DNA of 64,000 bases from Caldilineaceae bacterium (lineage in GTDB: Bacteria > Chloroflexota > Anaerolineae > Caldilineales > Caldilineaceae), in NCBI GenBank assembly GCA_965242655.1, contig OZ251482.1:4137480-4201479 (forward strand). The letters run 5' to 3'. The notes under the pieces were generated by a model. The model was not told where the DNA came from and did not search any database. It was given only the letters and a program-made list of their open reading frames with translations. A program made the position numbers and the translations under genes. Positions 28,209-38,567 of this stretch are shown here, in pieces (position 1 is the first letter of the stretch; every line of letters starts with the position of its first letter).

Positions 28209-28501
28209 GGTCTCGATACGCTCATGAACAGGCGAACGAAATAGGCTAGAGACAAGTCAAGGCCAAAGGCGGAATCATCTCAGTCGCCCAGGATAAGAAT
28301 ACAATAGACGGTTTTTCCGAGGCGACGACAAGGATCATTTTTTCTTGCTGCTCTTTGGACTTCCTGCGCCATCCGGCAAAAGGCAACCTTATGGGCTCCA
28401 GAGTCAGGAAAAGGTCGCTTTATTGGAAGGAAGCTTGCAGGCAGGCTGACGGCCGGCGCGTCGTTTCAGGGCTAAAGCCTTTGGCCCCTTGATTCTCAAT
28501 A

Positions 28502-28531
28502 GAAAAAATCCCCCGTCATTGACGGGGGATT
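28502..28531 (-). terminator. Rho-independent terminator downstream of the MBL gene
   Basis: The minus strand reads AATCCCCCGTC-AAT-GACGGGGGATT followed by TTTTTCT: a perfect 11-bp stem, 3-nt loop and U-tract. Confidence 0.8.
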
Positions 28532-28618
28532 CCAGAGTCATGGCCGTTAGGCAAAGGGATGACGGCACGCCGCCGGGTTAGCTCCCCATGGCTGGACCGC
28601 GCGCTCTGCGCTTCAATA

Positions 28619-29698
28619 TCAGTCGCTGTGGTAAATCGAAATGAGCATTCTCTGCACATGCCGCGGGAACGAATTGTCGTAATTCGTCCAGTCCTGGTAT
28701 TTTTCCAGGTTCAGCGTCTCCGGCAGCGAATCATAGAGGCCGTACGCAGCAAAGGGACCGCCTTGGGCCACGGCCTGCTGAATGGCCTCTTGCACGGCAA
28801 CGTACAAATCGTTGTAATATTCGACGTTTTCGTACAAATCCTGCGGGTTGGTGCCGGGAGAATGGGCGTTGATGGCATGCGTGAGCGGCCACTGGCTAAT
28901 GGTGTTGAGAATATGCCGCGTACCGACGAAATGCTTGTCTTCGACCCAGTTCCGGTGGGTGAGGGCCCGCGGCTCGTACATATCCGCCGTAACGACAATC
29001 TGTTCTTCCGGCATATAGATCACCGTGGTGGCCTCGCCGTCGCCGGGGCCGAGGTGATGCAACTCAACGGTCTTGCCGCCCACGTCAAGAGCCAGATAGT
29101 CCTCGAAGGTATGGGCCACTTTAGGCACGTCGCCCACCGCATAGTCGAAGAGGTCAAAGGCCGGCAGGCAGTTTACGTGGCAGAAGACTTCCGCATCTTC
29201 GAAAATGAGAGAACCGCCTACATGGTCGTAATGCTCGTGCGTCATGACGATCCGGGTAACGGGCACGTCCGTGATTTGGGCGATTTCGTCCTTGAGGGAC
29301 TGGGCGCGCATCTCGTTGTTCGTATCCGTAATCAGAACGCCGTCGTCCGCGATGACCACCAAGCTGCTGCTGAAAAATCCGAAGTAATGATAGACGCTGT
29401 CCGCCAACTGCGTCATCGTGGGCGGCGGCATTTGCGGCATTGGGGCCGCCTGTTCCGTATCGCCGTCTTCCGCGGCCATAGCGTCGTCCGCATCGGCGTC
29501 CATATCGGCGTCATCGTCGTGGCCGGCGGCGTCCGCATCGGCATCCATGCCGGCATCGGCATCGCTATCCGTCGCCATTTCCTGCATATTCGAGGCAGGC
29601 ATAGCGGGCGGCGCGACCATGGGTTGTCCGACGCACGCGACCAGCGCCAGCAGGGCAACGGCGCAGGCCGTCAACGTCAAGCTCAGTTTCGCTTTCAT
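28619..29698 (-). CDS. MBL-fold metallo-hydrolase lipoprotein with acidic D/A-rich linker
   Basis: Lipobox LALVAC, linker DSDADAGMDADADAAGHDDDADMDADADD, metal motif MTHEHYDHVGG. Confidence 0.85.
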   Translation of the reverse strand: MKAKLSLTLTACAVALLALVACVGQPMVAPPAMPASNMQEMATDSDADAGMDADADAAGHDDDADMDADADDAMAAEDGDTEQAAPMPQMPPPTMTQLADSVYHYFGFFSSSLVVIADDGVLITDTNNEMRAQSLKDEIAQITDVPVTRIVMTHEHYDHVGGSLIFEDAEVFCHVNCLPAFDLFDYAVGDVPKVAHTFEDYLALDVGGKTVELHHLGPGDGEATTVIYMPEEQIVVTADMYEPRALTHRNWVEDKHFVGTRHILNTISQWPLTHAINAHSPGTNPQDLYENVEYYNDLYVAVQEAIQQAVAQGGPFAAYGLYDSLPETLNLEKYQDWTNYDNSFPRHVQRMLISIYHSD

Positions 29699-29805
29699 GC
29701 ATTTCCTCTCAAGGCTAACAAATTGGGTTGGACGTATGGATAAGAAGCTCGTACTTTATCATCATTAAAGCATGCCGTCGGCGGAAAATCGCCGAAAGAT
29801 CCCTT

Positions 29806-30954
29806 TCAATGCGCGCGCAACGCGCCGTCGGTCCGTGGCCGTTCGGTATCGGACAGCATATGCTCGCCGCGCAAGCGCATCGCGCGAATGTCGTAACGGC
29901 CGGGACGTTCCGGCGCCAGATGTCCGGATTCCACCATCAGATCCAGAGGATTCACGCGGGTTTGGAGAGGCATGGACACCTTTTCGTGCCGGCGCGCGGA
30001 CTCGTAGATGCCATGTACCATCTGCAAAGCCTTGTACCCGTCCTCGCCCGTGCTGCGGTAGGGTTCCTGGCCTTCCACCCAGTCCGCCAGGCCGTCCGCC
30101 TGCGCGGCGCCGCCTTCCAGCCACTCGAAGCGGTCGCCTTCGCCGTCCACCGTATAGAACTGGCCGTCGGGCGCATGACGCTGCCAGCCGCCCGCGGTCT
30201 CGCGGTTGCACAACTGCAAGTCCTGGGTCGAGAGATCGATCATGCCCTCCGAACCGTAAATGCGGGCGCCCTGAAAAACGAGAGGCAGCACGTCGCTCAG
30301 GATGAGGGCCTGGGCGCCGCCCTGGAAATGAAAGACGCCGACGGCCATGTCCTCGATGCGGGTGTTGCGTTCGTATTGATCCGTCTTGCGTTCGACGTTG
30401 CCCATGACCCAGGCGCACTCGTCGTCGTGCAGGAGAAAGCGGTACATGTCCATCTGGTGCGAGGCGAAATTGGGCAGCCCGTTGCCGGCGAAACTCTGGA
30501 TCAGCCGCACCTGGCCGATCCGGCCTTCCGCGATCATCGCGCGCGCCAAGACGTACGCCGGCAGGAAGCGGCGCTGGTGGCCGATGGCCAACTTGACGCC
30601 GTTGCGCTGGCAGGCGATCAGCATCCGCTCCGCATGGCCCGCCGTGTCGGCCATGGGCTTTTCGCAGAGGATGGCCTGGGGCCGGCGCGCGGCGGCGGCG
30701 ATGGTCCACTCCGCGTGCCCTGCGTGCCAGGTGCAGACGGATACGACGTCCGGCCGCATTTCGTCCAGCATCTGGCGCGCATCGGTGAAATGCCGCGGCG
30801 TGATGCCGAAGGCCGCGTCCTTTTCGCGCATGGCGTCCGGATTCAGATCGGCCAAGGCCACGATTTCGTAGCGTCGGGTATCCAGGTACCCGCGGATATG
30901 TTGCTGGGCAATGCCCCCGGCGCCGATGACGGCGGCGCGGATTTTCTCGGCCAT
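29806..30954 (-). CDS. Gfo/Idh/MocA-family oxidoreductase
   Basis: MAEKIRAAVIGAGGIAQQH..., CEKPMA motif. Confidence 0.85.
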   Translation of the reverse strand: MAEKIRAAVIGAGGIAQQHIRGYLDTRRYEIVALADLNPDAMREKDAAFGITPRHFTDARQMLDEMRPDVVSVCTWHAGHAEWTIAAAARRPQAILCEKPMADTAGHAERMLIACQRNGVKLAIGHQRRFLPAYVLARAMIAEGRIGQVRLIQSFAGNGLPNFASHQMDMYRFLLHDDECAWVMGNVERKTDQYERNTRIEDMAVGVFHFQGGAQALILSDVLPLVFQGARIYGSEGMIDLSTQDLQLCNRETAGGWQRHAPDGQFYTVDGEGDRFEWLEGGAAQADGLADWVEGQEPYRSTGEDGYKALQMVHGIYESARRHEKVSMPLQTRVNPLDLMVESGHLAPERPGRYDIRAMRLRGEHMLSDTERPRTDGALRAH

Positions 30955-30979
30955 ATCGGTCTTCGCTCCGGTCCGGCTC

Positions 30980-31750
30980 TCAGATGGCGGTATAGCCGCC
31001 GTCCACGCAGAGCACCTGGCCCGTCACCATGCGCGCCGCGCCGGACGCCAGGAACACGACGGCGCCGGCGATCTCCTCCGGTTCGGCGATGCGGCCCATG
31101 GGCACCTTTTCCAGGTTCTTGGCGAAATCCGGACTGCGCGCAATGCTGGCTTCCAGCAAAGGCGTACGCGTAAAGGTGGGCGCGACGGCGTTGACCGTGA
31201 TGTCCGCGCGGGCCCATTCCAGCGCCAGCGACCGCGTAAACTGGCCCACCGCGCCTTTGGCGGCGGCGTAGATCGAGCGCAACGGCCCTCCCACCACGCC
31301 GACCTGGGAACTGATGGTAATGACGCTCCCCGCGCATTGCCGTTCCATCATGACTTGCGCGCAGGCGGTCGACATGAAATAGGCGCCCTTGAAATTGATG
31401 TCGGCAATCTGATCGAATTCCGCTTCCGTATAGTCCAGGGCCGGCTTGGGCACATTGTAGCCCGCGTTGTTCACCAGGCTGTCGATGCGTCCGAAGCGCT
31501 CCGCGGCCTGCGCCACGAAGGCTTGAATGCTGTCCACCTGCGCGACGTCCAGATGCGCGGCCATGGCCTGCCGCCCCAGCGCGCGGCAGCGCTCCGCCGT
31601 CTCCTCGCATTCCGCCACCGTGCGGCTGCCCAAGGCGACGTCGGCCCCGAAGCGCGCGGCGGTCTCGGCGATGGCTTTGCCGATGCCCTTGCCGGCCCCG
31701 GTCACGATTATTACCTTGTCGGTCAAGTCGAAACTTACGTCAATCGTCAT
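30980..31750 (-). CDS. SDR-family oxidoreductase
   Basis: VTGAGKGIGKA, NNAG, YAAAKGA. Confidence 0.9.
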   Translation of the reverse strand: MTIDVSFDLTDKVIIVTGAGKGIGKAIAETAARFGADVALGSRTVAECEETAERCRALGRQAMAAHLDVAQVDSIQAFVAQAAERFGRIDSLVNNAGYNVPKPALDYTEAEFDQIADINFKGAYFMSTACAQVMMERQCAGSVITISSQVGVVGGPLRSIYAAAKGAVGQFTRSLALEWARADITVNAVAPTFTRTPLLEASIARSPDFAKNLEKVPMGRIAEPEEIAGAVVFLASGAARMVTGQVLCVDGGYTAI

Positions 31751-31771
31751 GGCTTTTTCCTCTGGGATGGA

Positions 31772-32650
31772 TTACGGAGCGGGAGAGCTGACGGGCGCGG
31801 GTTGGGCCGCCCGGAGCCGGGGCGTTCCGCCGGCGGCCTGCCACGCGGCGTCGGCATGGATACGGCCTTGACGCAAGCCGGCGCGGCCCGTGCCGCTGGC
31901 CTCTTCCACGCTGATCCAGCCGTCGAAACCGGCAGCCGCCAGGTACGCGGCGATCTCTCGGTGCGGGCTGGCACCCGTGCCGATGACGACCGGACGGAAC
32001 GAGCCCGGTTCCTTGACGTCGGCCCAATGCACGGCAGTCACGCGCGCGCCCACTTGGCGCAGGACGGACAGGGGATCATCGTAAAGCGCCAGATTGTTGG
32101 CGGTATCGAAAAGCAGGCCCAGTTCCGAGTCCCGCGTGGCTTCCGCGAGCGCCAAATACCGATCCGCGGCTTGCGAAAAGTCGTTCCATGCCCACACGGA
32201 GCCGCGCGTATGATTTTCGTAGAGCGCCTGCACGCCCCGCGCCGCGGCCAAATCCGCCGCCCAGCGCAGGCCGTCCGCCGCCCAGCGCAAGCCTTGGCGG
32301 GGATTCACGCCGGGCCAGGCCTGCCCGGCCGTCAGCCGGATATAGGCCACGTCCAGACAGGCCGCCGCCTCAATCTGGCGCTCCAACCGCGTCCGCTGGC
32401 GTTCTCTTTGCGCCGCCGTAGGCAGGGTGAAATCGGAATAGGCCACGAGCATGGCGATTTTCAAGCCGTGGGCGTGGGCGCGGTCCCGGAGACGGTGCAG
32501 GTAATCCGGTTCGTACGAGCGCAGATGCGCCACGCTGAGATCCGCGCCGTCCAGTCCCAATTCTCGAGCCCACTGGAACCAGGTCTCCAGCGACAGGTCT
32601 CCGCGCCGGAAATCCGCGTACAGCGAGACGGGCAGGCAACTCAATTGCAT
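31772..32650 (-). CDS. Sugar phosphate isomerase/epimerase (xylose-isomerase-like TIM barrel)
   Basis: 292 aa; MQLSCLPVSLYADF..., YENHTRG, typical family composition. Confidence 0.75.
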   Translation of the reverse strand: MQLSCLPVSLYADFRRGDLSLETWFQWARELGLDGADLSVAHLRSYEPDYLHRLRDRAHAHGLKIAMLVAYSDFTLPTAAQRERQRTRLERQIEAAACLDVAYIRLTAGQAWPGVNPRQGLRWAADGLRWAADLAAARGVQALYENHTRGSVWAWNDFSQAADRYLALAEATRDSELGLLFDTANNLALYDDPLSVLRQVGARVTAVHWADVKEPGSFRPVVIGTGASPHREIAAYLAAAGFDGWISVEEASGTGRAGLRQGRIHADAAWQAAGGTPRLRAAQPAPVSSPAP

Positions 32651-32674
32651 GGCAGGACGACGGGGCGCGGGCCT

Positions 32675-33904
32675 TCAATCCAGCAGAAGCAACGGCGCTT
32701 CAAGGTATCCGACCAGCGTCTGCAGGAAGCGGGCCGCGGTGGCCCCGTCCACGACGCGGTGATCGCAGGACAAGGTCAATTCCAGCACGGGCCGCACGCC
32801 GGGTTGCCCGTCCACGGGCACGACCTGGTCCCGCACCGCGCCCACGGCGAGGATGGCGGCCTCGGGCGGATTGATGATCGCGCCGAAGCGCTCCACGCCG
32901 AACATGCCCAGATTCGTCACCGTAAACGTGCCGCCGGTCATGTCGTCCGGGGCCAGCGCGCCCTTGCGCGCGGCCGCGACCAGACGCTCGCGCGCAACCG
33001 CGATGTCGGGAACGGCTTTGCGCTGCGCCGCGGGGATCACCGGCACCAGCAGGCCGTCCTGCACCGCCACGGCCAATCCGATATTGATCTCCGGATGGCG
33101 CACGATCGCGCCGTCGTCCCGCCAACTGGCGTTGAGTTCCGGATGTTCGCCCAGCGCAACGCCCAAGACCTTGACCAGGAGATCGGTCAGCGTGATCCGC
33201 GGTGGATATTTGCCTTGGCAGGCGTTCCGCCACGCCTGCAGTTGGGTCGCATCCACGGCGCGCGCGAGGTAGAAGTGGGGCGCCGACTGCCAGCTCTCCG
33301 TCAGCCTCCGCGCCATGACCTGCCAGAGCCGCCCGGTCGGCTGCGCGCCGTCCGCGGGCGCGGCGGGGGGCGGAGCGGTCCCGACGTCGAGATCGGCGGC
33401 CAAGACCGCGCCCTGCGGTCCGGAGCCCCGTATCTGCGCGAGATCCGCGCCTTGCTCCCGGGCCAGGCGCCGCGCCTTGGGCGAAGCCAAAACGCGGTCG
33501 GAAGCAACGGCCTCCTGCTGCGCCAGGTAGGCTTCCACGTCCTCTTTGGCGATGCGCTTGCCTTGCGTCGGCACGGCGCGCAAATCAATGCCGCGGGCCT
33601 CCGCCAGGCGGCGCGCGACGGGACTGGCCGCCGGAGCCGACCGGAGCGCAGGCGGCGCGGTTTCGCCTTCGGCCAAAATGAGGGCCACGGTCTGGCCAAC
33701 CGGGATTTCCTCGCCTTCCTGCGCCCGGATTTGGGACAGCACGCCCGCCGCCGGGGCTTCAATCTCCACCGTGATTTTGTCGGTGGCGATCTCCATGACC
33801 GCGTCGCCCTTCTGCACGCGGTCGCCTTCCTGGCATAGCCAGCGCACCAGGGTGCCGGTGTCCTGATTCATGCCCAATACGGGCATGACGAGCTCGCGGG
33901 CCAT
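32675..33904 (-). CDS. 2-oxoacid dehydrogenase E2 (dihydrolipoamide acyltransferase)
   Basis: Lipoyl domain EIATDKITVEIEAPAAG, E3/E1-binding region SPVARRLA, catalytic SCDHRVVDG. Confidence 0.9.
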   Translation of the reverse strand: MARELVMPVLGMNQDTGTLVRWLCQEGDRVQKGDAVMEIATDKITVEIEAPAAGVLSQIRAQEGEEIPVGQTVALILAEGETAPPALRSAPAASPVARRLAEARGIDLRAVPTQGKRIAKEDVEAYLAQQEAVASDRVLASPKARRLAREQGADLAQIRGSGPQGAVLAADLDVGTAPPPAAPADGAQPTGRLWQVMARRLTESWQSAPHFYLARAVDATQLQAWRNACQGKYPPRITLTDLLVKVLGVALGEHPELNASWRDDGAIVRHPEINIGLAVAVQDGLLVPVIPAAQRKAVPDIAVARERLVAAARKGALAPDDMTGGTFTVTNLGMFGVERFGAIINPPEAAILAVGAVRDQVVPVDGQPGVRPVLELTLSCDHRVVDGATAARFLQTLVGYLEAPLLLLD

Positions 33905-33919
33905 GTGACGCCGGTTCCC

Positions 33920-34921
33920 TCAGGCGCGCCCGCACAGAGTCTTGGCCGTCTCGAAAATGCGCGCGGCATCGGGGATGGTCAGTTTCTCCAACGCGGGCGA
34001 AAACGGCACGGGCACGTCCAGCGCGCCCAGACGTTTCACGGGCGCGTCCAGGTAGTAGAACGCGCCGTCCGCGATCACGGCGGCCATTTCCCCGGTCACG
34101 CCGTAGCGCGTGCAGCCTTCGTCCACCACCAGCGCGCGGCTGGTCTTGCGCGCGCTGGCAATCAACGCGTCGGCATCCAGCGGCGTCATGGTGCGCGGGT
34201 CCACCACCTCGGCTTCCACGCCCACCGCGGACAGCCGATCCGCCGCGGCCAAGGCCTCATGCACCATGCTGCTGGTGGCGACGAGCGTGATGTCGGTCCC
34301 GCGGCGCTTGACGTCGGCCTGCCCCAAAGGAATGACGTAGTCGCCGGCCGGCACTTCGCCCTTCAGGGCGTACATCATCTTGTCTTCGAAGAACGCGACC
34401 GGGTTGTCGTCGCGGATGGCGCTCTTGAGCAGGCCCTTGGCGTCCTTGGGCGTGGAAGGCACCGCGACTTTCATGCCCGGCACGTGGCTGAGCCAGACGT
34501 GCAGGGACTGGGAATGCTGGGCCGCGGACGCCCGGCCCGCGCCCATAGTGGTGCGCAGGACCATGGGCACGGTCAGCTTGCCGCCGGACATGTAGTGCGT
34601 TTTGGCCGCCTGGTTGGCCATCTGGTCCATGACCAGCGTCGTGAAGTCGCCGAACATGATGTCCACGACGGGGCGCATGCCGGTCATGGCCGCGCCGACG
34701 CCGAGGCCGGCGATGCCCGCCTCCGAAATGGGCGAGTCAATGACGCGCGCCGCGCCGAACTCCGCCTGCAATCCCGTGAAAATCTTGAAGACGCTGCCCG
34801 CCGCGCCGATGTCTTCGCCGATCAGGAAGACGCGGTCGTCGCGCCGCATTTCTTCCGCTACGGCCTCGCGAATGGCTTCGCCGAAGGTGATCTCGCGCCC
34901 GGCGGCGTCAGGCGTAGACAT
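33920..34921 (-). CDS. 2-oxoacid (pyruvate/acetoin-type) dehydrogenase E1 beta subunit
   Basis: 333 aa; ITFGEAIREA..DDRVFLIGEDIG, transketolase-like C-terminal part. Confidence 0.9.
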   Translation of the reverse strand: MSTPDAAGREITFGEAIREAVAEEMRRDDRVFLIGEDIGAAGSVFKIFTGLQAEFGAARVIDSPISEAGIAGLGVGAAMTGMRPVVDIMFGDFTTLVMDQMANQAAKTHYMSGGKLTVPMVLRTTMGAGRASAAQHSQSLHVWLSHVPGMKVAVPSTPKDAKGLLKSAIRDDNPVAFFEDKMMYALKGEVPAGDYVIPLGQADVKRRGTDITLVATSSMVHEALAAADRLSAVGVEAEVVDPRTMTPLDADALIASARKTSRALVVDEGCTRYGVTGEMAAVIADGAFYYLDAPVKRLGALDVPVPFSPALEKLTIPDAARIFETAKTLCGRA

Positions 34922-35888
34922 GGCGTTGCACCTCCTGCGCTGGGGGAAACGGTTCGGCCAGGGCGTAGGCCGCGGCTTGCTCCACCTCGGCGCGCACTTG
35001 CGCCTCCAGCTGCGCCGTGACCGAGGCGTCCACGCCCAGGGCGGACGCCAGCCACTGGCCGAGATTTTGCAACGGATCCCGCTGTTCTTGCCACTCTCTC
35101 TCTTCCGCGCGGGTGCGGTAGGGACGATCCACGTCGCCCACGTGATGCCCGCGGTAGCGATAGGTGGCGCACTGCAGGAAAGCCGGGCCCTCGCCGCGCC
35201 GGGCCCGGCCGACGACTTGCGCCGCCGCGTCCCGCACCGCGCGGACGTCCTGGCCGTCGACTTCCAGCGCCCGCAGGCCGAACGCGCGGGCCCGATCCAG
35301 AATTTCGCCGGCGATGGTCTGGTCGTTCGGGGTGTATTCGCCGTACTGGTTGTTCTCGCACGCGTAGATGACGGGCAACCGCCACAACTGGGCCATGTTC
35401 ATGGACTCGTACAGTTGGCCCTGCCCCAGCGCGCCGTCGCCGAAGAAGGCGACCGTCACCTGCTCCGTGCCGCGCAGGCGCGCGGACAAGCCGGCGCCCG
35501 CCGCGATCGCCGTGCTGCCGCCCACGATGCCGTTGGCTCCCAGATTGCCCGTGTCCTGATCCGCGATGTGCATGGAACCGCCCTTGCCGCGGCAGTAGCC
35601 GGATTCCTTGCCCAGCAACTCCGCGAACATGCGCGCCGCGTCCGCGCCCTTGGCCAGGCAATGGCCGTGGCCGCGATGCGTGCTGGTGATGTAGTCGTCG
35701 GCCCGCAGGACGCTGCAAATGCCTACCGCGACCGCTTCCTCGCCGATATAGAGATGCGCGATGCCCGGCATCTGGCCGCGGGTGTACAAATCGTCGGCCG
35801 TTTCCTCGAAACAGCGAATGCGAAACATCTGCTCGTAGAGACCCAGCCAGTATTCCGCGTCCAACGGGGCCTCTTGCTCTTCCGCCAC
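34908..35888 (-). CDS. 2-oxoacid dehydrogenase E1 alpha subunit (TPP-dependent)
   Basis: GTG start with AAGGAGG upstream; GDGALGQG TPP motif, YRYRGHHVGD. Confidence 0.9.
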   Translation of the reverse strand: MAEEQEAPLDAEYWLGLYEQMFRIRCFEETADDLYTRGQMPGIAHLYIGEEAVAVGICSVLRADDYITSTHRGHGHCLAKGADAARMFAELLGKESGYCRGKGGSMHIADQDTGNLGANGIVGGSTAIAAGAGLSARLRGTEQVTVAFFGDGALGQGQLYESMNMAQLWRLPVIYACENNQYGEYTPNDQTIAGEILDRARAFGLRALEVDGQDVRAVRDAAAQVVGRARRGEGPAFLQCATYRYRGHHVGDVDRPYRTRAEEREWQEQRDPLQNLGQWLASALGVDASVTAQLEAQVRAEVEQAAAYALAEPFPPAQEVQRHVYA

Positions 35889-35930
35889 GGGTGATTGCCT
35901 CCTTCCGGTAGTCGGGAATCCCGGTGCGCC

Positions 35931-37472
35931 CTAGATCCGCACTTCAATGAAACGCGGCCCGCGCGCCCGGATCGCGGACTGCAATTGATCGCACAGTTCC
36001 GCGCAATCGCGGGCCCAGCTGGCTTCCACGCCCAGGCCCTGGGCCAGGCGAACCCAATCCAGATCCGGCCGGCCCAGATCCAGCAGGGACGCGCTCCGCG
36101 TCCCTGGCGCGTCCGGGCACAGGCGCTCCAGTTCGCCTTGCAGGATGCGGTAGGCGCCGTTGTTGAACATGACGGTCACCACGTCGCAGTTCTCCCGCGC
36201 CATGGACCACAGGGCTTGCAGGGTGTACATGGCCGAACCGTCCGACTCCATGGCGAACACCTGGCGGTCGGGGCGCGCCACGGCCGCGCCCAGGGCGACG
36301 GGCAAGCCCTGGCCGATGGCGCCGCCCGTGATGTTGAGCCAGTCGTGGGGCGGCGCGCCGGCCGTCTGGGCCATGGCCGAGCGCCCGGACGTGACCGCCT
36401 CGTCCGAGACGATGGAATCGGCGGGCATGAGCGCGGCCAGCGCCCCCCAGACTTTTTCGATGGTGACGTCGCCCGTGGGCAACGGCGGCCGCGGCGCGGC
36501 CGGCTCCGGCTCCGGCAACGGCGCGTTGATTTCCTCGGCCAGCATGGCGAGGGCCATGATCACGTCCTCTTGCGCGTCCGCCAGCACGTGGAACGCGCAG
36601 TCCGGCGGGGCCGTAAGGCTGGGTTGGCCCGGGTAGGCGAAGAAGCCGACCGGCACGGTAGACCCCGCCAGGATCATGTGTTTCGCGCCGCGCAACAATT
36701 CTACGGCCTGCGGCACCGGATAGGGCAAACGTTCCAGAGGGGGACGGCCCGCGCCCCGTTCCATGCGGCCGTTGACCCGATCGCCCAGGACCCGCACCTG
36801 CGCGGCGCGGCCGATGCGCTGGGCGTAATGCAGGCCTTCCGCCATGAAGGCCTGGCCCCCGACGAGCAGCACGGTTTCCTGCCCGTGCGCCAGCAACCGG
36901 GCGATCTCCGTTACGCGTTCCGGCGGCACCGGTCGCGGATGCGGACGCTCGATCTTGCCGGCGGGCGGGCCGCCCGGATCCCAGGCGCAGTCGGAAGGCA
37001 AGGCCAGCGTCGCGACCTGGCCCGGCGGTTCCAGGGAGGCGCGGACCGCGGCGGCCGTATCCGCCGGCAACGCCTGGGCCGTGGCGGAGGAACGGTACCA
37101 GCCCGAAACGGAACGGGCGATGGCCTCTACGTCGCAGGTCAGCGGCGCGTCGTACTGCAGATGGTAGGTGGCGTGGTCGCCGACCACGTTCACCATGGGC
37201 GTGCCGGCGCGCCGCGCGTTATGCAGGTTGGCCAGGCCGTTGCCCAGGCCCGGTCCCAGGTGCAGCAAGGTGCAGGCCGGCCCTTGCGCCATGCGTCCGT
37301 ACCCGTCCGCCGCGCCCGTAGCCACGCCCTCGAAGAGGCAGAGCACGCCGCGCATGTCCGGAATCCGGTCCAGCGCCCCGACCGAATAGATTTCGGACGT
37401 GCCGGGATTGGCGAAACAGACCGTCACGTCATTGTTGACCAAGGTCTGCAGCATGCTCTGCGCGCCGTTCAT
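35931..37472 (-). CDS. Thiamine-pyrophosphate enzyme, acetolactate-synthase-large-subunit-like
   Basis: MNGAQSMLQTLVNNDVTVCFANPGTSE..., 513 aa, C-terminal TPP-binding MESDGSAMYT. Confidence 0.85.
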   Translation of the reverse strand: MNGAQSMLQTLVNNDVTVCFANPGTSEIYSVGALDRIPDMRGVLCLFEGVATGAADGYGRMAQGPACTLLHLGPGLGNGLANLHNARRAGTPMVNVVGDHATYHLQYDAPLTCDVEAIARSVSGWYRSSATAQALPADTAAAVRASLEPPGQVATLALPSDCAWDPGGPPAGKIERPHPRPVPPERVTEIARLLAHGQETVLLVGGQAFMAEGLHYAQRIGRAAQVRVLGDRVNGRMERGAGRPPLERLPYPVPQAVELLRGAKHMILAGSTVPVGFFAYPGQPSLTAPPDCAFHVLADAQEDVIMALAMLAEEINAPLPEPEPAAPRPPLPTGDVTIEKVWGALAALMPADSIVSDEAVTSGRSAMAQTAGAPPHDWLNITGGAIGQGLPVALGAAVARPDRQVFAMESDGSAMYTLQALWSMARENCDVVTVMFNNGAYRILQGELERLCPDAPGTRSASLLDLGRPDLDWVRLAQGLGVEASWARDCAELCDQLQSAIRARGPRFIEVRI

Positions 37473-37502
37473 GGCTGGCTCTCCTGGAAACTAGGGGACG
37501 GG

Positions 37503-38345
37503 TCAGGAACGGGAGACGCCCGCCGTAACGAAAGCGGCGTTCAACACTTCGTAGGTCCGGGCCGCCGCCTGGATCGGATCGTAATCCGGACGGCGTTGCA
37601 CCATGACGCTGATTTCGGCGGAAATGAACCCCGTATATCCGTGCGCCTGCATCGCCTTGAGGTACGCGACGTAGTCGAAATCCCCTTCGCCGGGAATCAG
37701 GAACTCGAAGTCGGGCGCCGTGCCGCGTTCGTCTTTCACGTGCGTATGGACGGTCGCGGGCGCCAACGCCGCAACGGACGTCTCGATATCAATGCCCATG
37801 ACGTTGAAATGGGAAATGTCGAAGTTGACCTTGAGATAGGGACTGCTGAACTGCTCCAGCAAGCGCAACACCTTGGGCGGGGTGTCCAGCAGGCTGCCCA
37901 CGTGCGGTTCGATGGCGATGACCACCTCGCGCGCGGCCGCGTACGAGACCAATTCGCCCAAACGGTCGACTAGCAGGCCGCCCAGCGCGTCCCAGTCGTC
38001 GGGGCCGCCGCCTGCCGTGGTGTCGATGCAGGGCGGTTGTCCCTGCCGCGCCAGATCCACGGCCAAATCCACGGTTCCCTTGAGGCGCCGCATGTTGTCC
38101 GCGGCTATCTCCGGATCCTGGACCACCAGACTCCGATGGCCCGCCAGGGCCGGCAGTTCCAGAGCATGCATGTCCAGGAGCCGGGCGATGTATTTGCGGT
38201 ATCCGGCGTCCAGACTGTCCAATTCGATGGAGTACCCGGGAATGACCGTCAACTCCACGCCGTCGTAGCCCAGCTGGGCCAAACTGGCGATGATCGTGTC
38301 CACGGGCACGTTGGGCATGCCCCAAGAACTGAATCCAAGTTTCAT
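37503..38345 (-). CDS. Sugar phosphate isomerase/epimerase (xylose-isomerase-like TIM barrel)
   Basis: MKLGFSSWGMPNVPV..., AIEPHVG, VHTHVKD. Confidence 0.8.
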   Translation of the reverse strand: MKLGFSSWGMPNVPVDTIIASLAQLGYDGVELTVIPGYSIELDSLDAGYRKYIARLLDMHALELPALAGHRSLVVQDPEIAADNMRRLKGTVDLAVDLARQGQPPCIDTTAGGGPDDWDALGGLLVDRLGELVSYAAAREVVIAIEPHVGSLLDTPPKVLRLLEQFSSPYLKVNFDISHFNVMGIDIETSVAALAPATVHTHVKDERGTAPDFEFLIPGEGDFDYVAYLKAMQAHGYTGFISAEISVMVQRRPDYDPIQAAARTYEVLNAAFVTAGVSRS

Positions 38346-38567
38346 AACCTCACCAACCTCGTATCAAAATGCTCCGTCGGCCTCAAGCCAGCCCTTGCCC
38401 TGAGAGAGTTTTGCGGCCAACGATGAGAGGGATGGAACGCGCGGCTCCGTCCATACCGCGGCGCGGCCGCGTCTCCGGGGTTTGGCTGCAACGTCCACCT
38501 CAATCCTATGGCCACCGCGGTTGGTTCAGAAGCGTCCGCGCGTCGCGAACGCGTCGCCGCGCGCCTC

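Noticed and set aside
30911-33838. 975-aa plus-strand ORF
   Set aside because: It is antisense to the SDR, TIM-barrel and E2 genes. Its composition is typical of GC-rich antisense frames.
35931-37472. IolD (inositol catabolism) assignment for the TPP enzyme, and hence calling the cluster an iol operon
   Set aside because: At 513 aa it is shorter than IolD as I recall it (over 600 aa). No IolB/IolC/IolJ-type genes are present in the cluster. It is kept as a generic acetolactate-synthase-like TPP enzyme.
35895-37973. 692-aa plus-strand ORF
   Set aside because: It is antisense to the TPP enzyme and a TIM-barrel gene, and no motifs are present. The same reasoning applies to 42264..44186(-), 3885..5315(+), 13833..15818(+) and 55495..56796(-).
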